Assembly (NCBI RefSeq): GCF_048593235.1 | Contig: NC_133622.1 | Coordinates: forward strand, 252,344,055 to 252,408,054 | Direction of reading: 5' to 3' | Origin: Sminthopsis crassicaudata | Taxonomy: Eukaryota | DNA length: 64,000 bases | Part shown: piece after piece, positions 52,670-64,000 of the stretch | Numbering within the stretch: position 1 is the first letter of the stretch | Layout of the letters: every line of letters begins with the position of its first letter | Notes under the pieces: model-generated | What the model saw: only the letters and a program-made list of their open reading frames with translations | Database searches by the model: none | What the model was told of the DNA's origin: nothing | Program-made: the position numbers and the translations under genes

Positions 52670-55600
52670 TCACTCCTCGCTGTCCAGCTTGAGGCTGACG
52701 CTGCGCGCCTTGGCCCGGGCCAGGCCCGTGGGCGGGGTCCCGGGGCCCTCCCGGTCCGCCTGACTGGGCCCCCGCGAGCGCAGCAGTTGGCTCTGCTTGC
52801 GGAGAAAGTCCACGGGGGCCGCCACGTAGCTGCTCTTGGCCAGCCCTGTCCTTGGCGGGGCCTGCGGGGCGTGGGGGTGGGCGCCGGCTTCCAGCTGGGC
52901 CAGGTGGGCCACATAGCCCTCAGACAAGAACTGCGGGGAGAGAAGGTGCTGGGGGGCGAGCGGGGCAGGGACCCCCCAAGGCTGAGGGGGTAAGCCTCGG
53001 TTTCAGGGGGAACACCGAGACCCCCGCACTGTGCAGAGCGCTCACCGGATCCACTACAAACCTGGGAAGTGCTATCAGCCCCATTTTAGAACTGAGGAAA
53101 CTGGGCAGGCGGGCCCACAAGGGGTGCTGGAGGCTGGATTTGAACTTGGGCCCTCCCGTCCTGGCCCTGAGAGTCACAACCGCCCCCTCAATCCCAGCCG
53201 GCCGCTCACCTGGCATTGGGCCTGAAGCTTGCGGACCGCCCGGCCCACGATGTACGTCTGGCTGGGGGGGAGCCCCAGGGCCCCGTACACGGCCACGTCT
53301 TTGGGGGACCCGTAGCCGGCCACGATGTTCAGCTCCACCTGTGGTCGCAGGCAGGCCCGTCAGCCACAGAAGTTCCACCGGCCCTGCCCCCCCAGCGGCT
53401 CCGGGTGGGATTTCCCCAGGGCCCCAGGGAGCTGGGGGGGAACCTCACCTCCTGTACCAGGCTCTGCAGGAACACGGCCTTCTGCCGCAGGGGGTCGTGG
53501 GTGAGGCCGTCACAGAAGGAGACCACCCCGTGGGGGAAGTTGTGCTGGGACAGCCAGGCCACCACGCGGTGCTTCTGCATGTCCGGCCGGCCCGTCACGT
53601 ACACAATCAGGTAGCCCGAGTCTTGCCAGTGCCTGTGGGGGGCAGCGACGGTGACGGGCCGGCCCCCGCGGCGAGTGGGCGAGATCCCCCCCCTTTGGAT
53701 GGCGCAGCCCAGCCCGGGGCCCAGAGAGACCCAGCCCAGTGTCTGAGGTGGGCTGGGAAGGTCCCACTGAGAGCAAGGCCGGGAAGCGTGGGGGTGGGGC
53801 AGGCAGGGAGGCCACTCGAACCTGACCACATCCACGGCTCCGGCCCTCACTTTGGGGTCGCTGCCCATGATGGAGACGCTGGCCGTGAAGGACCCGTCGA
53901 TGCTGAAGACCACGGCCTCGGTGCCTCGGGCCACCACGGTCAGGCAGCACTCGGCGTGAGTGTGATCCCCCCTGCGCAGACGGGACAGGGTCCTGGGCGC
54001 GAGGCCCGCGGAGAGCCGACCGCCCGCCTCCCCCCGCCCGTTCTGGCCCCTACCTGACCACCATGCGGACGGGGTAGACGCCGATGCCCAGGGAGCGCTC
54101 GGGGGGCACCGGGAAGGTGAGCCGGCCCGAGCTGTTGGTCACTTCGGTGCCAAAGTGGATCCACTTGCCGGAGAGGGGCTGGGTCATGATGTAGACGTCC
54201 ACCTAACATGGAGGGGACGGGGGAAGGAGCAGCTGGTGTCCCTGGGCACAGGCAGCAGGGGCGGAGCTGGGGTTCCCAGGGGGTGTCCCCGCCACTGCCC
54301 CCCCCCATCAGCCCCCTTCCCACCGGGCGCTGACCTTCTCTCCAGTGAGCGTCACCACGTCCAAGGGCCCGTACATGAAGCGCCCGCTCAGTACCTGCGG
54401 CCGGCCCTCACACACGATGATGTCGCTGGCCCGGTGGTTGGAGGTCACGTTCTGCGGGAGAGGGGAGGGCCTGGGGTGAAGCCTGAACCAGGAGGAGGGG
54501 GCGGGGGGGGCAGAGAGTGCCATACCCGAATCTTGACTTGGGTCCGCTTCCTCTGCCACTTCTCCCGAGGGAAGGCCGGGCTGTACATGGACGGCTCCTC
54601 ACACTCGGCCAGCTGGGGCCTCTCCTTCTCGATGACCTGGGGCCGAGAGGGGGGCTGCGCTCCCATCCGCCTCCCCCATGGGGCTGGCCTCCTGCGGGCC
54701 CCCCATCTGCCAAGGGAGACTGACCCCTGGCTGTGCCCGCTGTTCGAGGGCGGGGGGCCCAGGCCTGATGCTCCGAGCCCTAGTTCTACGAATGTTCCCA
54801 GCCCTGATGTTCCTGGTCCTGGTTCTAAGGGCCCTCCCAGCCCTGAAGTTCCATGTTGTGGTTCTGTGGATTCCAGGCTCTTCTCTGGTTGGCTCCCCAT
54901 GTGTAAAAGGGGACCAGGGAGAGGAGAAGCTCAAGTGCCCCACAGAGCCCCTCCCCCCCCCTGCCCACCCACCTGACGCAAGATGAAGGCCACCACGTCT
55001 GCAGACTCCCAGTAGCTGGCGTGGAAGAGGTGGGGCAGGGTCACTGTGGGGAAGGCCGTGAGCGCCTCGGGGCAGTACAGGGAATAGTCAATCCGCTTGG
55101 TCCCCCACCAGCGCTCCAGGACTGTTGATGCAAGTCCAGTCAGAACCCCCTCCTGCCAGGCTGGGCCCCTCCCCCGAGCGGGTGCTGCCCCCTCCTGCCA
55201 GGCTGGGCCCCTCCGCCACAGGGTGCTGCCCCCTCCTGCCAGGCTGGGCCCCTCCCCTGAGCGGGTACTGCCCCCTCCTGCCAGGCTGGGCCCCTCCCCT
55301 GAGCGGGTGCTGCCCCCTCCTGCCAGGCTGGGCCCCTCCCCCGAGCAGGTGCTGCCCCCTCCTGCCAGGCTGGGCCCCTCCCCCGAGCGGGTGCTGCCCC
55401 CTCCTGCCAGGCTGGGCCCCTCCCCTGAGTGGGTGCTGCCCCCTCCTGCCAGGCTGGGCCCCTCCCCTGAGTGGGTGCTGCCCCCTCCTGCCAGGCTGGG
55501 CCTCTCCCCCGAGCGGGTGCTGCCCCCTCCTGCCCTGGCACTCACTCTTGACCACCTCGCTGGCCATGCTGGGGGTGCCTGTGGGGGCCGGGGGGTCGGA

Positions 55601-58600
55601 GCCCAGCTCGCCGCCCCGCCAGAAGCCGCCGCTGGCTGAGGTGGGGGTGGATGGCACCATCATCTCCAGCTCCTCCAAGAACAGGCCTGAGTGGGTCTGC
55701 AAAGTGTCGGCTGGCCAGGGCACAGAGGGGCGTGGGTGAGGGGCCGCTCCCAGGCTGCAGCTGCCTCCCCCAACAGCCCAGACAGGTAGCCAACAGGCAT
55801 CATCTTCCCTGAGCCCGGATTGGAACCCAGGACCCATCCCCACCCTTGTCTAGTCCTTAGGGGAGATAGGGGGGACAGTGCTATGGGAAGAGCGGGGGCT
55901 TTGGGAGCTCTCGTAATACTGGGGGGGTGTGGCTATTTGGACCCGGGCCCCTTGGGCTCCTGCTTCTCAGGCCTCATGCTGGCAGGAAGGCCGCCAGTGC
56001 CCATCTGCCTCCTACAAGTGGCCGGCCACTGGCACAGCGGGCCGCGGGCTCCTGGCTGTTTGTATTCCCCAACAGCATACAATAGGTGCTTCATAAATGC
56101 TCATACACAGTACACTGCCATGTGCACAGGTGCCCCCTCCACCCCGCTCCCCCGACTTTGGCGAGGGTCCCCTGGAGCTGCTGGCCCTCCGGTCCCCTGG
56201 CCGAACCTTACCCAGCAGCAGGGAGGTACCGTCTCCCAGGGGGAATTTCTGATAGCGGGGCACGGTGAGCGGGGCGATGGCCTGGAACTTGGGGGCCAGC
56301 AGAGGCTCCAGGCGGGAGGCACAGGGGTCAGCGGCGTGGAAGAGGTTGTAGATCTGCTCGCAGGCTGGGCGCATCTGGGTCACTGGGCAGGGAGAAGGGG
56401 CAGGGGTCTTCAGGGACCTGGCAGCGCCCGGCGGGGGGGGCCATGCCCAGGTCCCTTCTCCCAGCGGGGCGCCCCGGGCAGGCTGAAGGGGCTGATGCTT
56501 TGGGGGCGGCTCTGGGGCTGGCGCGGGTGCGTGGGGACCGGACTCGGGGGATTTCACAGGCTTTGGGAGGACAAGCACGTGACCCCTGGCTTGCCTTGGC
56601 CCCCCCAGTGCCCCAGCTTGGCCCCTCACCCTCCAGGGCGGGCATCACGGTCTTGCGGAGGGCTAGCACCAGGCCCAGGGGTGAGCCAAAGAGGAAGAAG
56701 CCAGACACCCTGAAGTCAAGGCGGGCGGGGCCGTCCGCGGCCTCCGGGGCTGGGCAGGAGACGGTGCTCCCCCGCCGCGGTTCTGCCGGGGCTGTGCCAG
56801 CCTGCAGGCTGGCCCGCGAGGAGGCAAGGGGGGAGAGAGGGGGAACAGCGTGGGTGGCCGAGGAGAGCGCCAGCGGGGCCCCAGTCTCCTCTCTAGGGCG
56901 CTGCCCAGACAGTCCTGGTGCCCGGCGTGCCCTCCCTCCTGGCTCGGCCCGGCCTCCCCGCCCCGCACTGCCTTGACCCGGCACTTCCCCGAGCCAGTCT
57001 AAGGAGCAGTTTGGCGCCTGGTCCGCCCACTTGGTCAGAGCTGGGAATTAATGAAATGGCCCAAGGCCCCCTAAGGCCGGCCCCTCCGATCCCCTCACTT
57101 TGCAGGGAAGAAACTGAGGGCAGAGACCTTACAGAACTTCCCAAGAGCCGGCTGGGAGGGGGGGCCATGATTGAGATCACTCACGCTACCAGGGGCCAGA
57201 GGAACGCTAACGGGCCCGGGGAGCTTGGAGGCACCAACCTGCAGGCTGAGTCGGGCTCCGGGGCCGGGCCGTCACTGGGCGGGCGCTGGGCACCGAGAGA
57301 CCCGGGCTCCGGGCTGGCCCGGCCCAGGGCCTCCACGCTGTCGGCCAGTGGGTCCCGTCCTGGGCCTTGTTCCGGGGAAAGCAGCTCGTTGTTCTGGAAG
57401 GAAGGAGGCGTCCTTTGGCTTGGGGAAGGTGGCAGGGTGCCCACAGCTCTCTGCCGGACCCCGCAGGCAGTAGAAAAGGGCCACAGGAAGGAGGGTGGAG
57501 GGGGAAAGAGGGAGGGAGGAGGGGGGAAGGGAGGGAGGAGGGGGGGAGAGGGAGGGAGGAGAGGGAAGGAGGGAGGGAAGAGGAGGAAAGAGAAGGGAGG
57601 GAGGAGGGCCCAGCCAGGCCTCTGGGGTAAGGGAAGCAGACAGGGGCAGGGAGGCGCCAGCACTGACCACGCTGCCTCGGCGGCTGCTGCCCAGGCTGCC
57701 AGAGCTGGCGTTGGCGCTGTAGCACAGCGCATCGAAGCCCAGGATGCCTCCGACGCCGTCCCCGATCAGTACCACCTGGCAGGGGCAGACACCCTGAGCG
57801 CTGCCCAGCCCAGAGCCCTACCCAGTGTAAGGAGCAGGGGACGAGGCGACTGGCGGAGGGACTGCTGAGGGGGATGAAGATGGGAGCCAGAAGGGAGGGG
57901 CTCACTGCCACTGCCCGGCTCTCGGGGGTCTCCAGTGGGGGCCTGCACGCTGGCCAGCTCCTTTCTGAGGTCCAGGGGCCCAGCTGGCTGGGGAGCCCCT
58001 GGGAGGCTTTGGGCGGGGACTCAGTGGGTGCCGAGTCCAGATACCTGGGGGGCTGGGTGCACCAGGAAGCTCTCTCTCCTCCCACCAAGGAAGGAGCCCA
58101 CACTCCTCCCCCTTCCCCCTCAGTGCAGATTTGGTCTCTGTGGGGTCCAGGACCTCTGACCCCCAGGCCATCCTTTCCCCTGCCCCCCACCTCATCCTTT
58201 CCCCTTCCCCCAGGCTGTCCTTTCAGGGTGTCCCGCTGTCCCTCCGGTGCCCCCTGACCTGCCCACAGAAGCCGGCGCCCTCGGGCGAGCGCAGGAAGGC
58301 GGCGTAGGCCTGGTTGGTGCGGGCGATGACCGTGGCCACGGCCCCTTGGTACCGGGAGGACGAGGTGGCCAGCAGCGGCAGGGCGGCCAGCGGGATGTGG
58401 TCCTGGGAGCGGGACAGGCTGTCGCCGTCGTGGCTGTAGGGGCTCAGGCTGTGGGGGGACAGCCAACGTTGGTGGCCAAGCTGGCACCGGGCGTCCCCTC
58501 CCCTGCCCGGCCTATTCTTCAGGAGGTGGTGCCCCCGGCCCAGAGCTGCCCCTTCCCGTCTCCTCCCTAGCTCACCTCCCATCACCCCCCCGCCTTCCCC

Positions 58601-61600
58601 AGAGCCCGCCCAGGCTGGTACTTGGAGACTAGGGCATAGGCCGCAGCACAGATTGGGGGGCAGGGCACCAGGCGCAGTGCCACGTGGCCCAGGGCCTCAG
58701 GAAAGTGGACGCGGGTGACGGCGTCGAAGGCCGCGCTCAGGGTCTGCACATCGGCCTGCTTGGAGTCCACGTCTCCGGGCCCCGAGTCCAGGATGTTCCC
58801 GCTATGCAGGATGAGGAACAGGGCGTGGACAGCACAGGCCTCGGGGCCCAGCTCCCCAGCCCCAAGACCCTGCGGGAGGGACAAAACGTCAGCCCCGGGG
58901 CCAGACTGGGCTGGGCATTCTGCTGCTGGTGCCCACCTCCTAATGCAGCAGGCAGGGCAGAGGGTACTTCCAGTCAGGAATCCCCTCCCGGGTGAGGGCA
59001 CCACAGGTTCGTCCCCACCCGGGACTTTTAGCAGGAGGTAATCTGCTGTTTCTCACCCCGGCACCCTCCAAATGCAGGGCCCTGTGGTAAGACCCTGGCT
59101 ACACCACCCTTGTTCTGGATCCCTGGCTCATGGATCACACCACGTTTATTACACATCTGGCGCCACAAATGGATCTAAAAGTCCCTGAGATTCCCAGGAC
59201 TCCTGGGGGGAGGGCTCACCTCGGAGTCCCTGGATGCGCCAGCCCCATCTCCTTCGCCCTTGGTGACCTCGGCCCCGGGGTCTGTGGGGTCTGCAGGAGG
59301 AGGAGGAGGAGGAGGCCAGTGGGTGTGCCAGAAGCAGAGCCCACCCCTCTGCCTTTTCCACAAGGGAGGGACCCTGGACAGCTCCCACTGTCCCTTGCTC
59401 CAGCCACTGTCCACTGCACTGGGAGGGCTGCAAGGGGCCTCTAATCAGGGGGCTCTCTGGGGTCAAAGGCTGGGATCAGGTTCCAAAGCCAGGGTGCAGG
59501 AGGAGCCCAGGGAAGTCTGGGGCTCACCGGAAGCCCCCGAAACCGCAGCTGGGGACGCAAAGGCGTCAATAAAGTCATTAGAGTTCCACTTGGTCATCTC
59601 CTTGGGGAAGACATCCTCGCTGTCTGAGAAGCCTTCTGCAGAGAAGGGGGGGCATGAGCAGAGTGAAGGGGCCAGGGGCAGAGTGAGGGGCTGGGGTAGA
59701 GTGAGGGAGAGCTAGCAAGCCTGCCCCCAATCTCCCAGCAGCCGCCCAAGGCCACCGCCACCATCTCCAGGGAGCCCTTCGGGGTTCCCCAGTGACCCTC
59801 TCCTCTCCTAGCCTGTTTTCGGCTCCTCCGGGCTGTCTGTGACAGAAATTTGTGCCTTAGAGTCTAATCTGTGGCCTCTTAACAGGACGCTGCAGGAAGG
59901 CCAGACCCAGGGGGGAACCCCTCCCCTCAGGATGTACGCCCCCCACTCCAGGCCCTGACCCCATGGCTCTGGGCAGGCCCTGGAGCCCGTGGGACCTGTT
60001 GGCCCTTGGCGGCACTGGGTGCTGTGGACATAGTCCGGGGACCTTCTGCTCACTCCCTGCAGAATGGTGGTGGCCACGGGTGGGTCTGTGGCCCCTAGCT
60101 TCAGGCGGGGGGTAGGGAGGGGGAGAGTGAGGGAAGGAAAAGGAAAANNNNNNNNNNNNNNNNNNNNNNNNNNNNNNNNNNNNNNNNNNNNNNNNNNNNN
60201 NNNNNNNNNNNNNNNNNNNNNNNNNNNNNNNNNNNNNNNNNNNNNNNNNNNNNNNNNNNNNNNNNNNNNNNNNNNNNNNNNNNNNNNNNNNNNNNNNNNN
60301 NNNNNNNNNNNNNNNNNNNNNNNNNNNNNNNNNNNNNNNNNNNNNNNNNNNNNNNNNNNNNNNNNNNNNNNNNNNNNNNNNNNNNNNNNNNNNNNNNNNN
60401 NNNNNNNNNNNNNNNNNNNNNNNNNNNNGAAACTAGGAAGAGAGGAAGGAGAAGGGGGAGAAGGGATAAGGAGAGAGGGAAATGGAGGAAGGGAAGGAGG
60501 AAGAGAAGGAAAGAGAAAGGGAAAAGCTAGGAAGGGAGGGAGGAAGGATGGAAAGAAAAGAAGGGAGGAAAAAAAGGAGAGAGAGGAAAGGAAGGAGGGA
60601 GGGAGGCACATACCATGTGCATCAAAGAACTCGTCCTCGGAGCTGTTCTCTGAGTCCCGCGCGATATTCTGCATCCGCCACTCGGACAAGCTCTGCGGGG
60701 ACACCCCCCCTGCACAGGCCCCTCCTGTCACGCCCCTGCCCCAGTCAGAGCCTCCCAAAGACCCCGTTTAAAGGGGGGCTCCCTAGAGCCGTCTGGGGGG
60801 AGTTTACAAAGGGGGAGGCGAGGCCCGAAGGCCGGCAGCTGTCCCGCGCCTCACCTCCGTGTTGGGAGGAGTAGGAGGAGCGCGGGGACGCAGACCACTG
60901 CTTGGAGAAGCTCTCGGAGTCCGGGGACGCGTCGGCCACGGCCGGGCCCTCCGGCCCCTCGGGCGTCCCCTCGGCGCTTGCGGCCGGCCCGCCCTCGGGC
61001 CCCGGCTTCCCGGCCGCCTCGGCCCCTTCCCCTTCGGGAGCGGCGCACTTGGCCATCTTTCTGGCCAGCATGCGGGCCGTCTCTTCCTCCAGGGCCCGGA
61101 TGTCCGCCATGCTCAGCTCCGTCCACTCGTCCTGCCAGCACCAGGCCTGCCGGTGGGCCCGGAGCATCACCCGCCGGAGACCTGCGGGGCGGAGCCGGGC
61201 TTGAGGCGGCCCGGGCCGCAGGGCCCTCCCCCCGCCCCTCCCCCGGCCCCCAGACCCCCGCCCCCTCCCCCCAGGCCCTCACCGACGTCGTGGATGAACT
61301 GCTCGATCTTGGCCTGCATGCCCCAGTAGCGGAACTCCACCTTGCAGAGTTTGTAGGCGCACATCAGGGGCCCCGCCTGCGCCGCCTGCCGCGCCCAGTC
61401 GTCCCCCAGCGGCCCGCGGCCCGTCTTGGCGGAGCGGTAGAGTCTGGGGTCCTCCTCGGCCTTGTACTCGCCGGGGGCCACCGCGTCCCGGACGATGTCG
61501 ATGGTGTCTGGGCCAAGGAGGCGGGCCCTCAGCCAGGTCCCGGAGGGCCGGGGGCCGTGCCATCCAACCCATGTTACAGGTGGGGAAACTGAGGCCGCGG

Positions 61601-62823
61601 AGCTCAGTGACTTTTAAACAGCGGGGCGGGAGACTGGGGTCCCCAAATTGTGCGGCCTCCCGGGTGCCGCCCCCAAGGTGACTGCCCTTTCCCAGTTCCT
61701 TCTCCCGGATCAGGAAGCTCCGCAGGCCGGGGATCCTCACACTCAGCGGGCTTTGCACTTGGGGGGGAGCTCCTGGTGTGGAATCTCCCTCCCAGGCCCA
61801 TGGGGGGCACTGAGGGGCCCAGAGGGCGGTGATTCCCGCCCGAGCCCCCCCCCCCCCCCCCCCCCCCCCCGCCCTTCCCCAGCCGTACCCAGGATGCGCT
61901 GCCTCCTCTCGGCCCCGCTCAGGTTGAAGACATTGGGCTGCTGGCCCCCGTCGGGCCGGTAGTAGGTTTCTATTTCAATGGAGAATTTCTCCACAAAGGG
62001 ACAGGTGTAGCTGTGGGAGGGCCGGGGGCACACTGGGAGTGAGGGCGGGCAGGGCTGCAGCCCAGTGCCCCAGGGCGGCCTCCCGGCCCCTCCCCACGCC
62101 CCCAGGGCAGCCCCTCCCCCGCGCCCCCAGGACAGCCCCTCCCCCACGCCCCCAGGACAGCCTCCTCCCTATGCCCCAGGACAGCCTCACGCCCCCGGGG
62201 CAGCCTCCCGCCCCTCCCCCCCAGCCTCACCGGGTCCTGGTGTAGGGGTAAGCGTTCCAGGACTCCTCCTCCACCTGCAGGGCGGCCCTTGGGCAGGCAG
62301 GGCCCGGAACCACCCGGGGATGTGGGAGCCCACGTGGTAGACCTTGTGGGTGTACTGCCCGCTGCCCCCGGGCCCATCCTCGTAGGGCCTGTTGGCCAAG
62401 ATCTCCACCCCGCTGCCCTCGCCGCTGGATTCCTCTCGGCTCTTCTTCTGCAGCGGCCGGGGGTCAGGTCAGGGGCCCGCGGGCCCGGCCCCGCCCTCCG
62501 GGGCTCCCCGGGCCCCCCTTCGGGGCCCCCCTCCCCCATCCTCGGTGGCACTGGCTCCCCCACTCAGCGCTTCCCTCCCCCACCTCGAGCTGCTCTGCAA
62601 TCTCCTGTCACCTTTCCCGGCTCTGCTCCCCTCCCCCTTTCTTCGGCGCCTCGCGGGGGTCTCCCCCTCGCCATCGGCCCCCCCTTCCCCAGCGCCCCCT
62701 CCCCTCCCCTCCAGCGCCCCTCCCCCAGCCCCCTGCGGGGCCCACCTGGATCATGTAGAGCTGGGCCACCTGGTACTCTTCCAGGCTCATGGGCAGCAGG
62801 ATGTGGTACTCCTTGATCAGCAT
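52670..62823 (-). CDS. PITPNM1: Membrane-associated phosphatidylinositol transfer protein 1 (Nir2), about 1235 aa once two 1-bp insertions in the second coding exon are removed
   Basis: 23 coding exons: 62746-62823, 62231-62447, 61889-62010, 61283-61507, 60855-61181, 60614-60709, 59528-59635, 59220-59290, 58622-58869, 58259-58448, 57668-57775, 57239-57393, 56630-56808, 56212-56382, 55546-55710, 54973-55121, 54526-54636, 54335-54451, 54054-54202, 53822-53971, 53449-53632, 53210-53338, 52670-52930. Domains: PITP ([13 protein letters not shown]), FFAT motif EFFDAH|E across a junction, DDHD region, LNS2 domain (VFSIDGSF). Phases are consistent everywhere except +2 nt in 62231-62447. Confidence 0.93.
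55145..55535. repeat. 42-bp VNTR, about 9 copies, filling a PITPNM1 intron
   Basis: Unit GAGCGGGTGCTGCCCCCTCCTGCCAGGCTGGGCCCCTCCCCT; 14-aa periodicity in the overlapping ORFs. Confidence 0.95.
60148..60428. other. Assembly gap (N run) within a polypurine tract, PITPNM1 intron
   Basis: 281 N, flanked by GA-rich sequence continuing to about 60605. Confidence 1.
62065..62215. repeat. Degenerate repeat of about 22-25 bp in a PITPNM1 intron
   Basis: GCCCCCAGG(A/G)CAGCC(C/T)C recurs about 5 times. Confidence 0.7.
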
Positions 62824-63460
62824 GGTGCCCGCCGCCCGCCGCAGGGCCGCTGCCCGCCCGCCTCGCCTGGCCTCCCCTCCTGGGTCGGGATCGGGGCGCG
62901 CCCGTCAGGGCTGGGGCGCGCTCCGGGTGTCCGGTCCCCCGGCTCGGGGAGGAGCCCGGCCCTGGCCCCGGCCGCCCTGCGCTTCCCCGCAGCCCCCCGC
63001 CCCCATCGCCCGGCCCGGCCCCGGCCCCGCGCCCGCCCCCCGCATGGAGGAGGAGAGGGGAGCCTAGGAGCCGCTAGCACAGGATAGGGGAGAGGAGGGA
63101 GGAGCGGCCAGGCGGGAGGAGGGAGGAGAAGGGAGGAGGGGAGAGGGAGGAGGAAGGAGGGCTGGGGCAGAGGAGGGGAGCAGCGGCGGCTGGCCTGCCG
63201 CAGGAGGGAGGCGGGAGGCGGGAGGCTGGAGGCGGGAGGCAGGAGGCAGGAGGCTGGAGGCAGGAGCCGCTGCTGCCTCCCGCCTCCCTCGCTCTCAAAC
63301 CGAGCTCCCTCTGACCTCCTTTCAAACGCCACCGCCGCGGCCCCCCTTCCCCGTTACCGCGGCAACGGGATGCTGACGCGGCCACCCCTGGGGGAGCCGA
63401 GCCAGCCCAGCCAGCCGCCCGTGCCAGCCCCCCTTTCTCCCCCCCTGTCTCCGGCTTCCC
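62824..63460 (-). promoter_or_regulatory. PITPNM1 5'UTR/CpG island
   Basis: Very CpG-dense. On the minus strand a polypyrimidine tract ends in a TAG acceptor at 63074-63076. Possible upstream donors at 63357 (GTAAC) and 63945 (GTGAG). Exon structure is unresolved. Confidence 0.5.
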
Positions 63461-64000
63461 GGCGCTCGGTCTCTCCCCCATCACCCCTCCCTCAGCGGGC
63501 CTCCTCCCCGGTCCCTCTCCTAGGTCCTGACACCCTGCCCTCCCCCACCACTTCCACAACCCCCTGCCCCGTCCTCCCCGCTGGCCTCCACTTCCTCCTC
63601 CCCTGCCCAACATCCTGCTCCCTCTTCCTTTCCCTCTCTTTCTATTCCTCTGCCTCGTTTCCCCTTTCTATCCCTTGTCTCCCTTTAATCCCTTCCCTTA
63701 TCCCCAGCATCCCTCTTCCAGTCTCTTTATCCTTCCCCTCCCCCAAATCTTCCTCTCCGAGCACAGCTCTCCTCCCTCCCCCCCATCCATCCTTTATCTT
63801 CCAACCTTCCCCCCCATTCCTCAATGGCTCTTCCAGGCAAGGGATGGGGAGAAAGGAACCCCCATCCCCCCACCGCCCTCCAGGCTCCCTTATTGCCCTC
63901 CCCCTCCCCTTTCTACTCTTCCCCCCCTTTCTGCCTGAACCTCACCCTGGGCCAGGACACCCCCTCCCCAGCAGAGCAGCCCAGGTTCAGGTCCCCTCTC

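Noticed and set aside
52854-54057. 401-aa plus-strand ORF antisense to PITPNM1
   Set aside because: Antisense to GC3-rich exons and GC-rich introns; no homology signal.
57207-58487. 426-aa minus-strand ORF within PITPNM1
   Set aside because: Off-frame read through exons, introns and a CT-rich tract; the spliced frame explains the coding signal.
52670-62823. Calling PITPNM1 a pseudogene
   Set aside because: Only one 11-bp segment is disrupted; all other exons, splice sites and motifs are intact, so assembly error is more likely. Kept as a finding to verify.

Overview
Vertebrate genomic DNA, GC- and CpG-rich and gene-dense. It is most likely from a marsupial (probably dasyurid-like), inferred from the SINE and L1 3'-end types. 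The gene order matches the human 11q13 block as I recall it: RPS6KB2(+, 5' partial), PTPRCAP(-), CORO1B(-), GPR152(-), CABP4(+), TMEM134(-), AIP(+), PITPNM1(-). I rebuilt all eight exon by exon. Seven give intact reading frames; PITPNM1 has two 1-bp insertions in one exon, probably an assembly error. The rest is SINE/LINE/L2/CR1 debris, many minisatellites and four N gaps. I found no wholly new gene or system. The most interesting non-gene signals are: (1) a 212-bp TG...CA element in CABP4 intron 3 with perfect 34-bp terminal inverted repeats, a 6-bp target-site duplication and a CRX-type site in each arm; (2) tandem arrays apparently seeded from the L3/MIR3 3' tail, including a hierarchical 57/182/364-bp satellite and a 33-bp VNTR with strongly one-directional AT-to-GC change; (3) an in-frame uORF separated from the PITPNM1 ORF by one UGA; (4) lineage-specific changes in the S6K2 AT-hook and the AIP C-terminus. 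Comparisons with human proteins and repeat consensi are from memory and need database confirmation.
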